From a virus: 64,000 bases of DNA. Under the pieces are notes generated by a model. The model had not been told where the DNA came from. It ran no database searches and saw nothing but the letters and a program-made list of their open reading frames with translations. Where the stretch lies: positions 32,001-96,000 of the IMG/VR virus record IMGVR_UViG_3300043395_000996; one strand, written 5' to 3'. Each line of letters starts with the position of its first letter. Position 1 is the stretch's first letter. Positions 52,031 to 61,829 of this stretch are shown here, piece by piece. Made by a program: the position numbers and the translations under genes.

Positions 52031-53299
52031 TTAATCTAATTCAACTAAATTATTGTAATTAGTTCCTTCTTCTACTTTGACAGGAAATCCACCTCTCTCC
52101 ATTGCGGATTTTACCGAGCTGATAATCTCATCTCTTTCAATGGGATGTACATCTATAATGAACGCATCGTATGTGTACAAAATTGGTTTACTCATCTTTC
52201 CTTCAAAACAATTGAATATGGATTCCATCTTCATATAATTCACTTCAGTTTCCAACGCTTGGAGTAGATAGTTAAATACCTTTTGTTCATTTGCTCCTTC
52301 TATTCTACTAAAATGAATTTCCCTCTTATAGAGAGGAGTCGTTAAACGGCCAGAAATTACGAACTTTTGGTAAACCCCTTTAATGTATCCATCTACCATT
52401 TGAAAGAATGGAATCTTACGGGCATCATCATCTAACCCACCATAAAGATAACGGAATGTAATTCCCTTCGCCGTTTCATAATCCGTTCCATATATGTTTG
52501 CAAAGTATTGGTGAGCCGAAATATCGGTTGGTAGTTTGTATCCAATTAAGCCCGCAATCAATCGTAAGTGATAGGATTCATAATCGAATTGAAGAAGAGT
52601 TCCGTTTGGATTTCTACTAATGAAACACTCCCTACTACCATCGGATTTGTTAAGAGCCGAATAGTTCACACTTAAATGCCTATTGGATGGTCTACCCGTA
52701 ATGGTATATGGATTGTATTGTGTGTACACCAACCCCCTTTTGAGGAAAGACGCATCAAAGTTAAAACTATCAATAAATTTTTCTTCTTCGACTTTCACCC
52801 CAGCCCCTTCCAGCCTTCCCAACTTTCTGATTGCTGATGAATAATTGTAATCCCAATCATTTACATTCTGGCAATTTGGTAACAATTGTAATTGTTCGTA
52901 CCACTTCATTAAGGGTATGCAATCATTCAATTCTTTAAAATCTCTTTTATACCCCCTATAAACCGATTCTACTTGCTCTTCGAAGATAAATGGTTTACCA
53001 TACTGCTCAAAGTAAACCCACTCATAATCGAGTCCTTTATTGCTTATATAACGACTTCCTAAAACTTTAGTATGTTCTGATATGAGAATGTTTAAATCAA
53101 ACTTTTCGATTTTCTTTGCATCTATATGATTGATGTTGATAATTCCACTATTACCATTATCCTCTCTATAATATATAAATGAAATTCTACTCGTTAAAGG
53201 ATGTGCTCTATGAGAACTCCAAACGGGAATTAGTAAATCAATCGTTGGATTTGATTTGACAAAAAAATGTAGGGCAGATTTAGTTTCTATTAAATTCAT
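52031..53299 (-). CDS. Divergent, compact family A DNA polymerase-like protein
   Basis: TITGR, QFDYESYHLRL (motif A), AKGITFRYLYG (motif B), NYLLQ, YTYDA (motif C). Confidence 0.8.
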   Translation of the reverse strand: MNLIETKSALHFFVKSNPTIDLLIPVWSSHRAHPLTSRISFIYYREDNGNSGIININHIDAKKIEKFDLNILISEHTKVLGSRYISNKGLDYEWVYFEQYGKPFIFEEQVESVYRGYKRDFKELNDCIPLMKWYEQLQLLPNCQNVNDWDYNYSSAIRKLGRLEGAGVKVEEEKFIDSFNFDASFLKRGLVYTQYNPYTITGRPSNRHLSVNYSALNKSDGSRECFISRNPNGTLLQFDYESYHLRLIAGLIGYKLPTDISAHQYFANIYGTDYETAKGITFRYLYGGLDDDARKIPFFQMVDGYIKGVYQKFVISGRLTTPLYKREIHFSRIEGANEQKVFNYLLQALETEVNYMKMESIFNCFEGKMSKPILYTYDAFIIDVHPIERDEIISSVKSAMERGGFPVKVEEGTNYNNLVELD

Positions 53300-53305
53300 A
53301 CCCTA

Positions 53306-53337
53306 CAAATATATAAAAAATAATTTAAAATTCCAAA
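53306..53337 (-). promoter_or_regulatory. Bacteroidota-type promoter upstream of the PolA-like gene
   Basis: TTTG-N20-TATATTTG. Confidence 0.75.
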
Positions 53338-54120
53338 TTATTCTCCCCAATGTTTTTGACGAAGTTCGTACATATCAATTGGTTCTCTTTTCATATGACC
53401 ACCTTGATTAAAGTATGCACCTTTTTTCAAATATCCACCTAAAAAGTTTCTTCTAAATCTATTTGAATTATTTGCTTCAGAACCATGTACACAATGTGAA
53501 TGCAATAACACTACTTGTCCTTTTTGTAAATAACCTTCTACTTTACGAAAATCATGTCCTTCTGGCATCACACAAGGTTTACCTCTTTCATTTCTCCAAA
53601 ATTTAGGATTTGTTTTTGTTCTTTCCTCATCAACTTCAATTGGTAAAACCGGCAATCTATGTGAACCTTCATAGTTCCATACTGCTCCGTTTTCTTTATC
53701 GTGATTATCCAATGCTAATGCGGTGTTGATAATTTCATTGTGACCACATCCCGTATAAAATGCGTTTTGATGCATATCTCTACCTAATTGCCCAGGTGGT
53801 TTGAAATATGACCAAGTTTGTAAACCAACCACTTCACCTTCCATAAGGAATTCACATGCCTCTAATACTTTAGGATGCGCAAATAATTTTTCCAATTTTG
53901 GTGAAATCTTATGTGGATATGCAAACGGGTCCCATTCGCCCCATTCTTCACCAGTTTCTTTTGTAGTTTTAGAACGTTCTACTCTCAACTTTTCCAATTC
54001 TTCGTTGATTTCATCACATTCTTCTTCAGTAAGTAATTGTAATACTGTCCAACCTCTGTAACGCCAATCAAACGTCATTTGTTGAATCTCTTCTCGAGTA
54101 AGATGTTTAAATTCTGCCAT
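53338..54120 (-). CDS. PhyH-family 2OG-Fe(II) oxygenase with HQN in place of HxD
   Basis: FKPPG...HQN, ALD...ENG, HGS..N.S..FRR. Confidence 0.85.
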   Translation of the reverse strand: MAEFKHLTREEIQQMTFDWRYRGWTVLQLLTEEECDEINEELEKLRVERSKTTKETGEEWGEWDPFAYPHKISPKLEKLFAHPKVLEACEFLMEGEVVGLQTWSYFKPPGQLGRDMHQNAFYTGCGHNEIINTALALDNHDKENGAVWNYEGSHRLPVLPIEVDEERTKTNPKFWRNERGKPCVMPEGHDFRKVEGYLQKGQVVLLHSHCVHGSEANNSNRFRRNFLGGYLKKGAYFNQGGHMKREPIDMYELRQKHWGE

Positions 54121-54194
54121 AACTTAATTTTAGTTTATATATCTATATATATGAATTTTTTCACTAAAAAGTAAAAAAATCTAAATGATTTTTA

Positions 54195-54569
54195 TCATTT
54201 GTGGAACTGAATCAAATTAGGTAAATACAATCCTATATTTTTTATTTTTACAGATGTTATTGCAATAGATGCACTATTTGATGCCTTAACTCCCATATCA
54301 GTCAGCTTTCCATTTGGTCCATACACTACATCTATTGGGCCTGAAATTCTCCATCGCATTGTTGCTACCGTCCAATATGGATTTTCTAACAAATCATTGT
54401 ATTCATTTTCATCTACTTCATAAACAAATCCATTTGAATCATTTGCTCTTTGAGTAAAGTATCTATCAATACTACCATAATCATAATCGTTTTCCGATGG
54501 TGATGGAACGATTGTGTTTGGAGTTTGTAATGAATATAATTCTTTATTTTTAATTAAATCGTTATACAT
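54195..54569 (-). CDS. Hypothetical protein, probably baseplate-associated
   Basis: P.ENDY..G.I.RYF; last gene of the tail block. Confidence 0.55.
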   Translation of the reverse strand: MYNDLIKNKELYSLQTPNTIVPSPSENDYDYGSIDRYFTQRANDSNGFVYEVDENEYNDLLENPYWTVATMRWRISGPIDVVYGPNGKLTDMGVKASNSASIAITSVKIKNIGLYLPNLIQFHK

Positions 54570-54575
54570 ATTTTA

Positions 54576-56825
54576 TTATTTTTTTGGATATGCTTTTTCA
54601 ACATCTATTCGATAACCGGCTTCTATTGTAGTTTTCCAACCATTTTCATCAATACCCTGTTTAACGTTTGTTATTTGAAAATATCCATTTTTATTATAAA
54701 TTTCAGGTATCCCATCTATTTGAAAATATTCACCACAACTAAATCCAGATGTTCCATCTATTGCCAATGTAACATCCAAATAAGTCAATGCAGACCCACT
54801 TTGTTCTTTTTTAATATGTTCTTGTATAATACCTTTATCTAAAAAAATATAAGTTTTGATATTTGTTTTATTGTTAATTACCGATTTAAATTTAACAGAT
54901 TTAGCTCTTATAAGTTCTGCTAATTCTGTTGGTTTTTTATCAGTATCTTCAGTCTTTGGTGGATTAGGAGTCATACCCGTTTCTGTTTTCTTTTTAGCTG
55001 TATCTTCAGCTGCTGCTAATACGATACGTTTTTCAACTTCATTTACAGAAAACCAACCATCTGAATTTTTTGCATACGATAAATCAAACAATTTATAATT
55101 GTCGGTAGTTTGTGCATTGTTTGTGGTATCAAATCCGTTATTTTCAATTATACTATTTAAATTCAATTGAGATTGATACATAGCTTGTGATTGTGCTAAT
55201 GTACTCAATTCCATACTAAAATTAAATTCTTTTAAAATTGAATTAGGTCCTATTTTAAATCTATATGAATCTGTTGATTGTTGTGATTTTGGCCAATCTT
55301 TAATCATCAACTTATAATCCATAATAGATAATGTTTTCAATGAATGAGTTATATCATCGGTTTGAGACATTAATTCTAAACTACATAATCCAAATGTATT
55401 TTGATTAACGATGGCTAATACATTATTTATAAAATCCGCTTGTGTGTATGATGAATTATATGCATTCAATACGGCATCATAACTTAAAAATACATTTAAT
55501 AAATTACCATATTTAGCTTTCGTATCTAATTCATATTTTTTACCATTGCTATCATAAATTTCTTTTGAATCAATATTAAATGTTTTTTCATTTACTTTAC
55601 ATTCTTGCAATGAACCGCTTACATATAATACTAATTCATTTTCTTTACCCTTTTCAGGATTTCTTATAAACGCAGGTATTGCATTTGGAATTATCAAATC
55701 TTCCGATGTAGAACACATAAATTTATGCGAATTCATTGGAATTATTGGTTTGGTTTTAGCCACATCTTCATAATAAAAAAGTAATTTTTCTTTTTTATAA
55801 CTAAATACTTGCGATAAACGCATTAATTCTAAAACAAATTTAAATGAAATATATTGTTTAAATGATACTGTTTTATCTTTATCTTGCGAATTTAACATTC
55901 CCCAATTAAAAAATTCTTTTTTCCAAGTATCTTCTAAAGATTTTTGTTTTGCTTTATCGGCTGATTTTAATTCTGTTAATATATTTGGCATATTAAAATC
56001 CGCATATATTTTATTTATCCAAGTTTGAAATGGAGTAGCTCCTTTTAATTGATTGCCAGTTGCTGTTGTTGAGTTATCTTGCTTCATTGGCATCCACAAT
56101 TGTAATTCGTTTCCAGCGGATATTTCTAAATCAATATCATAAGTACCATCTTCAGCAGGAGAATATGTAAAATCGGTAATTTTACCAACCATATAATCAA
56201 AATTATATTTGGTATTTTTTAATGTTAATAAGTAATCAACTTTTGATTGTTTGAAATCTGAAAAATGTGCAGCAACTTCATCAACATATTCTCCATATGA
56301 TTTTTTGGATAATAAATGCGTATCTATGTTGGTTTTGGAAATCAAATCAGTATTCCAACCATATTCCAATACAACTGGCATTGATGGTCTTAAAAAGAAA
56401 AGGTCAAAAAATTCCAATTGTTTTAAACTAAAAACTTTTACTTTTACTCTTGCCGATTTTAATGTATTATTACCACCATCTGTATCTATTTCTACCGATT
56501 GAACAATTGGTGTTGATATTTTTCTACCTTCTTCTCCATCAATAGTAATCATTTTTCCATCTAAATCATATCCCAATATAGTCTTTGATGTTTGATACAT
56601 CATATTCAAAGCAGAGTGATTTGTTATGATGCATCCTTTATATGCATTTGTATATTCACCACGTTGAATAGCATTTAAAATTCCATCGGATTGATTTGTA
56701 GCAACTGCACCAGATGATAAAATTACAAAAGGAGAAAGTTTGTGATTATCAAATCCACCTAATTCCTTTTTTTCTAATTTTTCTTTAAGTTCTTTCTTAA
56801 TTGGAGCTACGAATGGAAACGGCAT
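54576..56825 (-). CDS. Putative baseplate hub / tail protein
   Basis: 749 aa; C-terminal IDGTSGF..G.YF.I...P...G.FQITNVKQ.I...GWKTTI hub-like OB end; position in the tail block. Confidence 0.6.
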   Translation of the reverse strand: MPFPFVAPIKKELKEKLEKKELGGFDNHKLSPFVILSSGAVATNQSDGILNAIQRGEYTNAYKGCIITNHSALNMMYQTSKTILGYDLDGKMITIDGEEGRKISTPIVQSVEIDTDGGNNTLKSARVKVKVFSLKQLEFFDLFFLRPSMPVVLEYGWNTDLISKTNIDTHLLSKKSYGEYVDEVAAHFSDFKQSKVDYLLTLKNTKYNFDYMVGKITDFTYSPAEDGTYDIDLEISAGNELQLWMPMKQDNSTTATGNQLKGATPFQTWINKIYADFNMPNILTELKSADKAKQKSLEDTWKKEFFNWGMLNSQDKDKTVSFKQYISFKFVLELMRLSQVFSYKKEKLLFYYEDVAKTKPIIPMNSHKFMCSTSEDLIIPNAIPAFIRNPEKGKENELVLYVSGSLQECKVNEKTFNIDSKEIYDSNGKKYELDTKAKYGNLLNVFLSYDAVLNAYNSSYTQADFINNVLAIVNQNTFGLCSLELMSQTDDITHSLKTLSIMDYKLMIKDWPKSQQSTDSYRFKIGPNSILKEFNFSMELSTLAQSQAMYQSQLNLNSIIENNGFDTTNNAQTTDNYKLFDLSYAKNSDGWFSVNEVEKRIVLAAAEDTAKKKTETGMTPNPPKTEDTDKKPTELAELIRAKSVKFKSVINNKTNIKTYIFLDKGIIQEHIKKEQSGSALTYLDVTLAIDGTSGFSCGEYFQIDGIPEIYNKNGYFQITNVKQGIDENGWKTTIEAGYRIDVEKAYPKK

Positions 56826-56828
56826 CTT

Positions 56829-57131
56829 TTATTTATTTATCTTTTCTAAATCATTTAAAATTAGAGATAAATTTGATGGGATTCTTAATTGTACGCCTTC
56901 ACCAATATATAATGATGCATCATTTAAATTGTTTGCAACTGCAATAACCCACCACAAACTTTTATCTCCATAATATTTGTTAGCTAACAAATCTAATCTA
57001 TCTGTTACTTCTGATATTATATAAAAATCATTATCTGTTGGTTTAATTTTTGGATATATTAAACTTCCCAAATATTTCTTTTTGGTTTCTTTTTGAGTTT
57101 GTATTTTTGAATATGTATATCTATTTGCCAT
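56829..57131 (-). CDS. LysM-like baseplate wedge protein (gp53 / tail X-like)
   Basis: DRLDLLANKYYGDKSLWWVIAVANNL...G.QLRIP. Confidence 0.8.
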   Translation of the reverse strand: MANRYTYSKIQTQKETKKKYLGSLIYPKIKPTDNDFYIISEVTDRLDLLANKYYGDKSLWWVIAVANNLNDASLYIGEGVQLRIPSNLSLILNDLEKINK

Positions 57132-58444
57132 TATTTCTTAATAGTATATTTTTTTCCATCATCATTTAAACCATCAAAATCATATTTAAAGGTTTTTGTA
57201 GTTGAACCTTCTATTTTATGATTTTCAATTATTTTAAGACCCAATGATACATCTATTACGGATGGATACATAAAATTATCATCTTTATTATCAGATTCAT
57301 AATTACTTAAAAATGCTTTGTTTCCCTTTCTACTCATATCTCCTAATAAATAATTTGAATCTTTTCCCATTTTTGGCCAAGTTGTAGAATCATCTATTGT
57401 GAATGATAAACTTTCTAAATATCCAGGTACATTTTTATATAAAGAACCTATACCAAATTTTATAATATTAGGTGCAATTGCATATTGAGATGTTTCTCCA
57501 AATTTAGAAGTTACAATATTTGTATCAGGAAATGCCAATGATTTTAAATAATTAATTTTTTTAATCATTACCTCCTTTTCACTATTTGTTAAGTAATATA
57601 ATTTAAGATTAAATTTAATACTACGTTCTACTCCACCATATCTATATATGTTAAATGGAGAGCCCAAATATTTAGATGGATTCCAAGTAGGAGTTACATC
57701 TTCCGATAATCCAGTAATAGAACCTATAAATGGTACATTAAATTCAACATTTCCAATATCATCTATTATTTTACCAAATGTAACAACAACGTGTCCATTT
57801 TTTTCAGCATCTTTTAATTCAGTATCCGTTATTGTTGTTTTTAATCGTAACTTATGCCATTCGTTATTCCAACTACCACCTTCTGTTGGTGTTCTTTTTG
57901 TAAGTACACCTGTTTTATCTTTATAGTATTCTGAAAATTTTTTATTTTCTTTTATAAGCTTCTTACCATCTTTTCCAAGCTTAACACCATAATTTTCATC
58001 CTTATCAGCTTTTTTTAATTGCTTTTTTAAATCCTTTAATCCACCCTTTGCAAGTAAATTATTTGCAGTATTGAATAATGTACCACCGATACTTGATGCA
58101 CTTTGTGGAGCAAATAATGCCGATGGTGATGGATTTGTTTTTATGAAATATGGGGTATCCGCTTCAACTGCATCTCTTAATTGTTGTTGTGTTTTAAATA
58201 AAGATATTGGTTTTGAAAAAACAGTGTCGTTTTTAAATATAGTATCGGTTGGTCTATTTGCAGAACCTCCCAATAAACCACCAATTTGATTACCCACTAA
58301 ATCTGCAATTGCGTTTGGGGATGATGTAAGTAAAGCAGCACCTCTTGGCGGATTGATAAATCCTCTACTTTCGATTATAGCCATTCCGCTTAATCCGTAA
58401 AGTTCTTTCTTTTGTGATTTAAAAAGGTCTAAAAGTGTTGCCAT
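57131..58444 (-). CDS. Putative tail-tube initiator / baseplate protein
   Basis: LSEDVTPTW...YRYGGVERSIKFNLK...PNIIKFGIGSLY...GYLESLSF; between tape measure and LysM genes. Confidence 0.55.
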   Translation of the reverse strand: MATLLDLFKSQKKELYGLSGMAIIESRGFINPPRGAALLTSSPNAIADLVGNQIGGLLGGSANRPTDTIFKNDTVFSKPISLFKTQQQLRDAVEADTPYFIKTNPSPSALFAPQSASSIGGTLFNTANNLLAKGGLKDLKKQLKKADKDENYGVKLGKDGKKLIKENKKFSEYYKDKTGVLTKRTPTEGGSWNNEWHKLRLKTTITDTELKDAEKNGHVVVTFGKIIDDIGNVEFNVPFIGSITGLSEDVTPTWNPSKYLGSPFNIYRYGGVERSIKFNLKLYYLTNSEKEVMIKKINYLKSLAFPDTNIVTSKFGETSQYAIAPNIIKFGIGSLYKNVPGYLESLSFTIDDSTTWPKMGKDSNYLLGDMSRKGNKAFLSNYESDNKDDNFMYPSVIDVSLGLKIIENHKIEGSTTKTFKYDFDGLNDDGKKYTIKK

Positions 58445-58483
58445 TTATAGTTTAGTATTTACTATAAATATCTTTATTATAAA

Positions 58484-61303
58484 TTATTGGAATCTGGAAA
58501 CTCCGTAATTTCTACGAGCTTGATTCAGTAAAGAAGTTTGTAGGACTTTACCATTTATATTGATATCGGATTCGGTTGCCGTATTTGTACTAATTTGTTG
58601 TAAAAATTGAGCATTTACTCCTAACATAGCAACAATCTCTTGTTGTAATTTAGTATTATATTGAGCTTCTGTTAATGCTATTTTTGCTTTTTCAACTGCC
58701 GCTTGCTGTGCAGCTGCCTGTTTTTGTCCATTTGCATTAATAGCATCTACTGTTGGTTTAGTTCCTTTTTCAACAGGTTTAGCTGCTGCTGCCGCTGATG
58801 CAGGAGTTGCTCCTCCAAATGCACCCATATCTCTAGCAGCAATTCCAGCATCGATTGCCATTGATGATGCAGTTCCAACCCCCGGTGCAACTAAATCCAA
58901 TAAACCTGCTCCAGCTGATAAAGTTTCTAATCCGGCTCCAGCCCAATCACCACTCATCGCTCTATCTATTGCAAATCCCATACCAAGAACAGAACCCAAT
59001 ATAGGAATTCTTTTTGCTAAACTCTTACCAAATGTTTTAGTAGCTACTTTAGCTACACTTTTTTCTGCAATCTTTGCAGTTGTTTTTTCAACAGCTTTGG
59101 CAGTTGTTTTTTCTGCAACTTTAGTAGTTGTTTTTGTAGCAGTTTTTGCTGCGGCTTTTTCAGTTGTTTTTGCTACGGCTTTTTCAGTTGTCTTTGTTGC
59201 TACTTTTTCAGTTACTTTTGGAGCTACTTTTTCTCCACTTTTAAATACATTTTTTAATAAACTACCACCTTTATTCATTAAGAATGTGGTAACAACTGCG
59301 GCAATGGTTGATATTAATGCGGTTGTCAACATTGTTTCTGCATTTTTTAAGAAACTTTGTTGGTCTCTTTCATTCATTTTATCAGCCAATTTACCTACAT
59401 TGTTGATAATGGCATCTTGTCTTTGCATTTCTGCTGCCGCATTTAATCCTATACGTTTTAATTCAGTAGCTGCTTGAATTTGTGCATTTGCTGCTGCTAA
59501 TCCTGCTTCAGCCGATTGTTTAGCTGCTAAGTATGTCTTATTACCACTTTCAACACTTTTTCCAGTCAATTCACCTCCAGTAGTTCCATTTCTTTGAGTT
59601 ATTTTTTGAATATCATTTAAATCCATTCCACCCAACGCAGATGATAATTGTTGCTGTTGGAACATATTCATTTTAGCAGGGTCTAAACCTTGTGCTTGTA
59701 ATGCTTTCATTGCTCCTTCGCTATCACCACTCATAAATTTGGTTCTAACTTCGGAAAGATTTACACTTTTACCAAGCATCGCTGATAAACTCATTTCGGC
59801 TTTGATACTATCTTTATAGTTCAAAACCATATTTTGCCCAGCTTTAGCTACTGCATTAAAACTTACACCCAATGATTTAGCGTAAATTACTTGCTTTGCT
59901 AATTGGCTAGTACTTTTTATTTGATAACTTATTGCATCTTTAGATGCTTCGGCAATTTCAGTCATTGCTCCTGCTAAATTTACACCTGCTTTAGAAGCCA
60001 TACTTCTAACACCTTCTTGTAAATTTAATGCAGTTGATTCGGATACCTTATCTAATCTTTGAAAAACATCATTTATAGATGCAATACTTTCAGTAGATTG
60101 CCCTGTTCTATCAGCAATTATTGCCATATCAGCCGCAACCTTACCACTTGGCATTTTACCAGTTGCATCAGCGGCATCTTGCATCGCTTGTGCTATCTTA
60201 TCTGCGCTAATTCCTGCCAATTGCAATTGAGCCGCACCATATCCAACACTACCTAATTTATTACCAAATAATGCCGTTTTAGATGCCGCCTCAAACGAAG
60301 CTCCCATTTGTTGTACAGAAGCACTGAAATCAAGCATTGCTTCTTCCATAACAAAATTACGACCTCCAAACATACCCATATCAACTTGTTTGTTGATAGT
60401 ATCTATTTCACCCGTTAATTTTGCTATTTTTTTATCATATCCAGCAATAGTTCCTAACTTATTTCCTATCAATCCATAGTTGTAAGCCATTCCAGCTAAT
60501 ACACCGGCTAGTGCACCCAATGCTAATGACAATCCCTTACCACCATTAGTTGCGGTTTTCATTACATCTCCCAATTCTCTCATACCCTCAACACCGCTAC
60601 CAGCTATCCCATCAATTGAACGTTGAAGTCCTCCAAATGCTTCAGCTGAAGCTTTTCCAAAAGATTTAACTTCGGCATCCATATTTTTCAATTGTTGCCC
60701 AAATGCTTCTTCTGCTTCGGTTGATAATTCTATTTCTGAACGTATTTCGGCGTAAGTATCTCTTGCTTTTTTAATTTCAGCATGATACTCTTCAGTTGTA
60801 ATGTTTCCTCTTACTCTTAATCGATTTGCTTCAATAATTGAAGCTTGATTTTGTTTATAAGCTTTTTGTATTCTTTGAATAGATTTGTAATCCGAATCAT
60901 TTATTTTTCCATTTTTCGTAATTACTTTCGAAATACTATCTAATACAATTTTTGTTTTTTCTAATCTTTCAGATTGAAGTTTATAAGCTTTTGTATTTTT
61001 ACCAATTGTATTGCCAATACTAATTAAATTAGTATCCATTTCTTGGTAATCGCTTAATTCGGCTTTATTCGATTTTTCTCTTTCTTTTTGAACTTTTAAA
61101 AGAGTATCATAATTTTTTTTACTCTTTGCTAACGCTTTGTTTTCAGCTTCCAATGCCTCAATTCTATCAAATTGAGCTTGAGTTATTTTTTCTTCTAATT
61201 TATAAAGTTTTTCGGCTTCTTTTTGATTACGCACATATGCTTGAGCTTCAGATTCTAAAGCAATTATTCTAGCGTTTATATTATCTGCACTTGATTTAGC
61301 CAT
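58484..61303 (-). CDS. Tape-measure-like tail protein
   Basis: 939 aa, Ala/Gly-rich coiled coil, directly downstream of the tail chaperone. Confidence 0.7.
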   Translation of the reverse strand: MAKSSADNINARIIALESEAQAYVRNQKEAEKLYKLEEKITQAQFDRIEALEAENKALAKSKKNYDTLLKVQKEREKSNKAELSDYQEMDTNLISIGNTIGKNTKAYKLQSERLEKTKIVLDSISKVITKNGKINDSDYKSIQRIQKAYKQNQASIIEANRLRVRGNITTEEYHAEIKKARDTYAEIRSEIELSTEAEEAFGQQLKNMDAEVKSFGKASAEAFGGLQRSIDGIAGSGVEGMRELGDVMKTATNGGKGLSLALGALAGVLAGMAYNYGLIGNKLGTIAGYDKKIAKLTGEIDTINKQVDMGMFGGRNFVMEEAMLDFSASVQQMGASFEAASKTALFGNKLGSVGYGAAQLQLAGISADKIAQAMQDAADATGKMPSGKVAADMAIIADRTGQSTESIASINDVFQRLDKVSESTALNLQEGVRSMASKAGVNLAGAMTEIAEASKDAISYQIKSTSQLAKQVIYAKSLGVSFNAVAKAGQNMVLNYKDSIKAEMSLSAMLGKSVNLSEVRTKFMSGDSEGAMKALQAQGLDPAKMNMFQQQQLSSALGGMDLNDIQKITQRNGTTGGELTGKSVESGNKTYLAAKQSAEAGLAAANAQIQAATELKRIGLNAAAEMQRQDAIINNVGKLADKMNERDQQSFLKNAETMLTTALISTIAAVVTTFLMNKGGSLLKNVFKSGEKVAPKVTEKVATKTTEKAVAKTTEKAAAKTATKTTTKVAEKTTAKAVEKTTAKIAEKSVAKVATKTFGKSLAKRIPILGSVLGMGFAIDRAMSGDWAGAGLETLSAGAGLLDLVAPGVGTASSMAIDAGIAARDMGAFGGATPASAAAAAKPVEKGTKPTVDAINANGQKQAAAQQAAVEKAKIALTEAQYNTKLQQEIVAMLGVNAQFLQQISTNTATESDININGKVLQTSLLNQARRNYGVSRFQ
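59018..59233 (-). repeat. Nine degenerate 8-aa (24-nt) tandem units inside the tape measure gene
   Basis: EKVAPKVT EKVATKTT EKAVAKTT EKAAAKTA TKTTTKVA EKTTAKAV EKTTAKIA EKSVAKVA TKTFGKSL. Confidence 0.85.
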
Positions 61304-61317
61304 TCAGACTGAAAGAA

Positions 61318-61575
61318 TTAATAATTATGATATTTCTTCAATAACGAATCTATTTCCGATGTACTCATATTAGATTTTTTTAATAAATCCCTAGTACTTA
61401 ATAATAGTTTTTCACTATCTGATTGCCAAGCTTTATATGCTTTATCAAATGCAGGATTATTAGTTGCATCTAATGCACTTTCTAAATCAGCATCTTGTCC
61501 CTTTGCTTTTTTATCATAAAACAAAGATAACAATTTTGCTAAAACATTTACTTCAACTAATAATTTTTTTGCCAT
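61318..61575 (-). CDS. Hypothetical protein
   Basis: 85-aa ORF downstream of a TATTTATA motif. Confidence 0.65.
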   Translation of the reverse strand: MAKKLLVEVNVLAKLLSLFYDKKAKGQDADLESALDATNNPAFDKAYKAWQSDSEKLLLSTRDLLKKSNMSTSEIDSLLKKYHNY

Positions 61576-61610
61576 TATTTATAGATTGTTGTTATATTTT
61601 ATTATAAATA

Positions 61611-61829
61611 TTACTTTCTTTTAGTTTTGGATGAATTGTTAGATTTTGATGTTACTTTTTCCATTTCAGATTTTTCTTCTTCTTTAGCTTTAAGTAATTC
61701 TCTCCAATAGAATTCTCTTAATTTTATAGGCATAAAGTATAAATCATGCCAATTAAATCCACCATTGGCATAATATATCATTTGAAAAATCTTTTGATGT
61801 AAAACTACAGAGTGATTACTCGCCAGGGT
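61611..61829 (-). CDS. Frameshift-accessed C-terminal extension of the tail assembly chaperone (gpGT-like)
   Basis: 72 open codons (TLASNHSVVLHQKIFQMIYYANGGFNWHDLYFMPIKLREFYW...) in the +1/-2 frame, starting at a T7 tract. Confidence 0.6.
   Translation of the reverse strand, partial: TLASNHSVVLHQKIFQMIYYANGGFNWHDLYFMPIKLREFYWRELLKAKEEEKSEMEKVTSKSNNSSKTKRK

Noticed and set aside
52031-53299. PolA-like gene as DpoZ (2-aminoadenine genome)
   Set aside because: No purZ or datZ-like gene in the window, and Mom enzymes need adenine N6; cannot be excluded genome-wide
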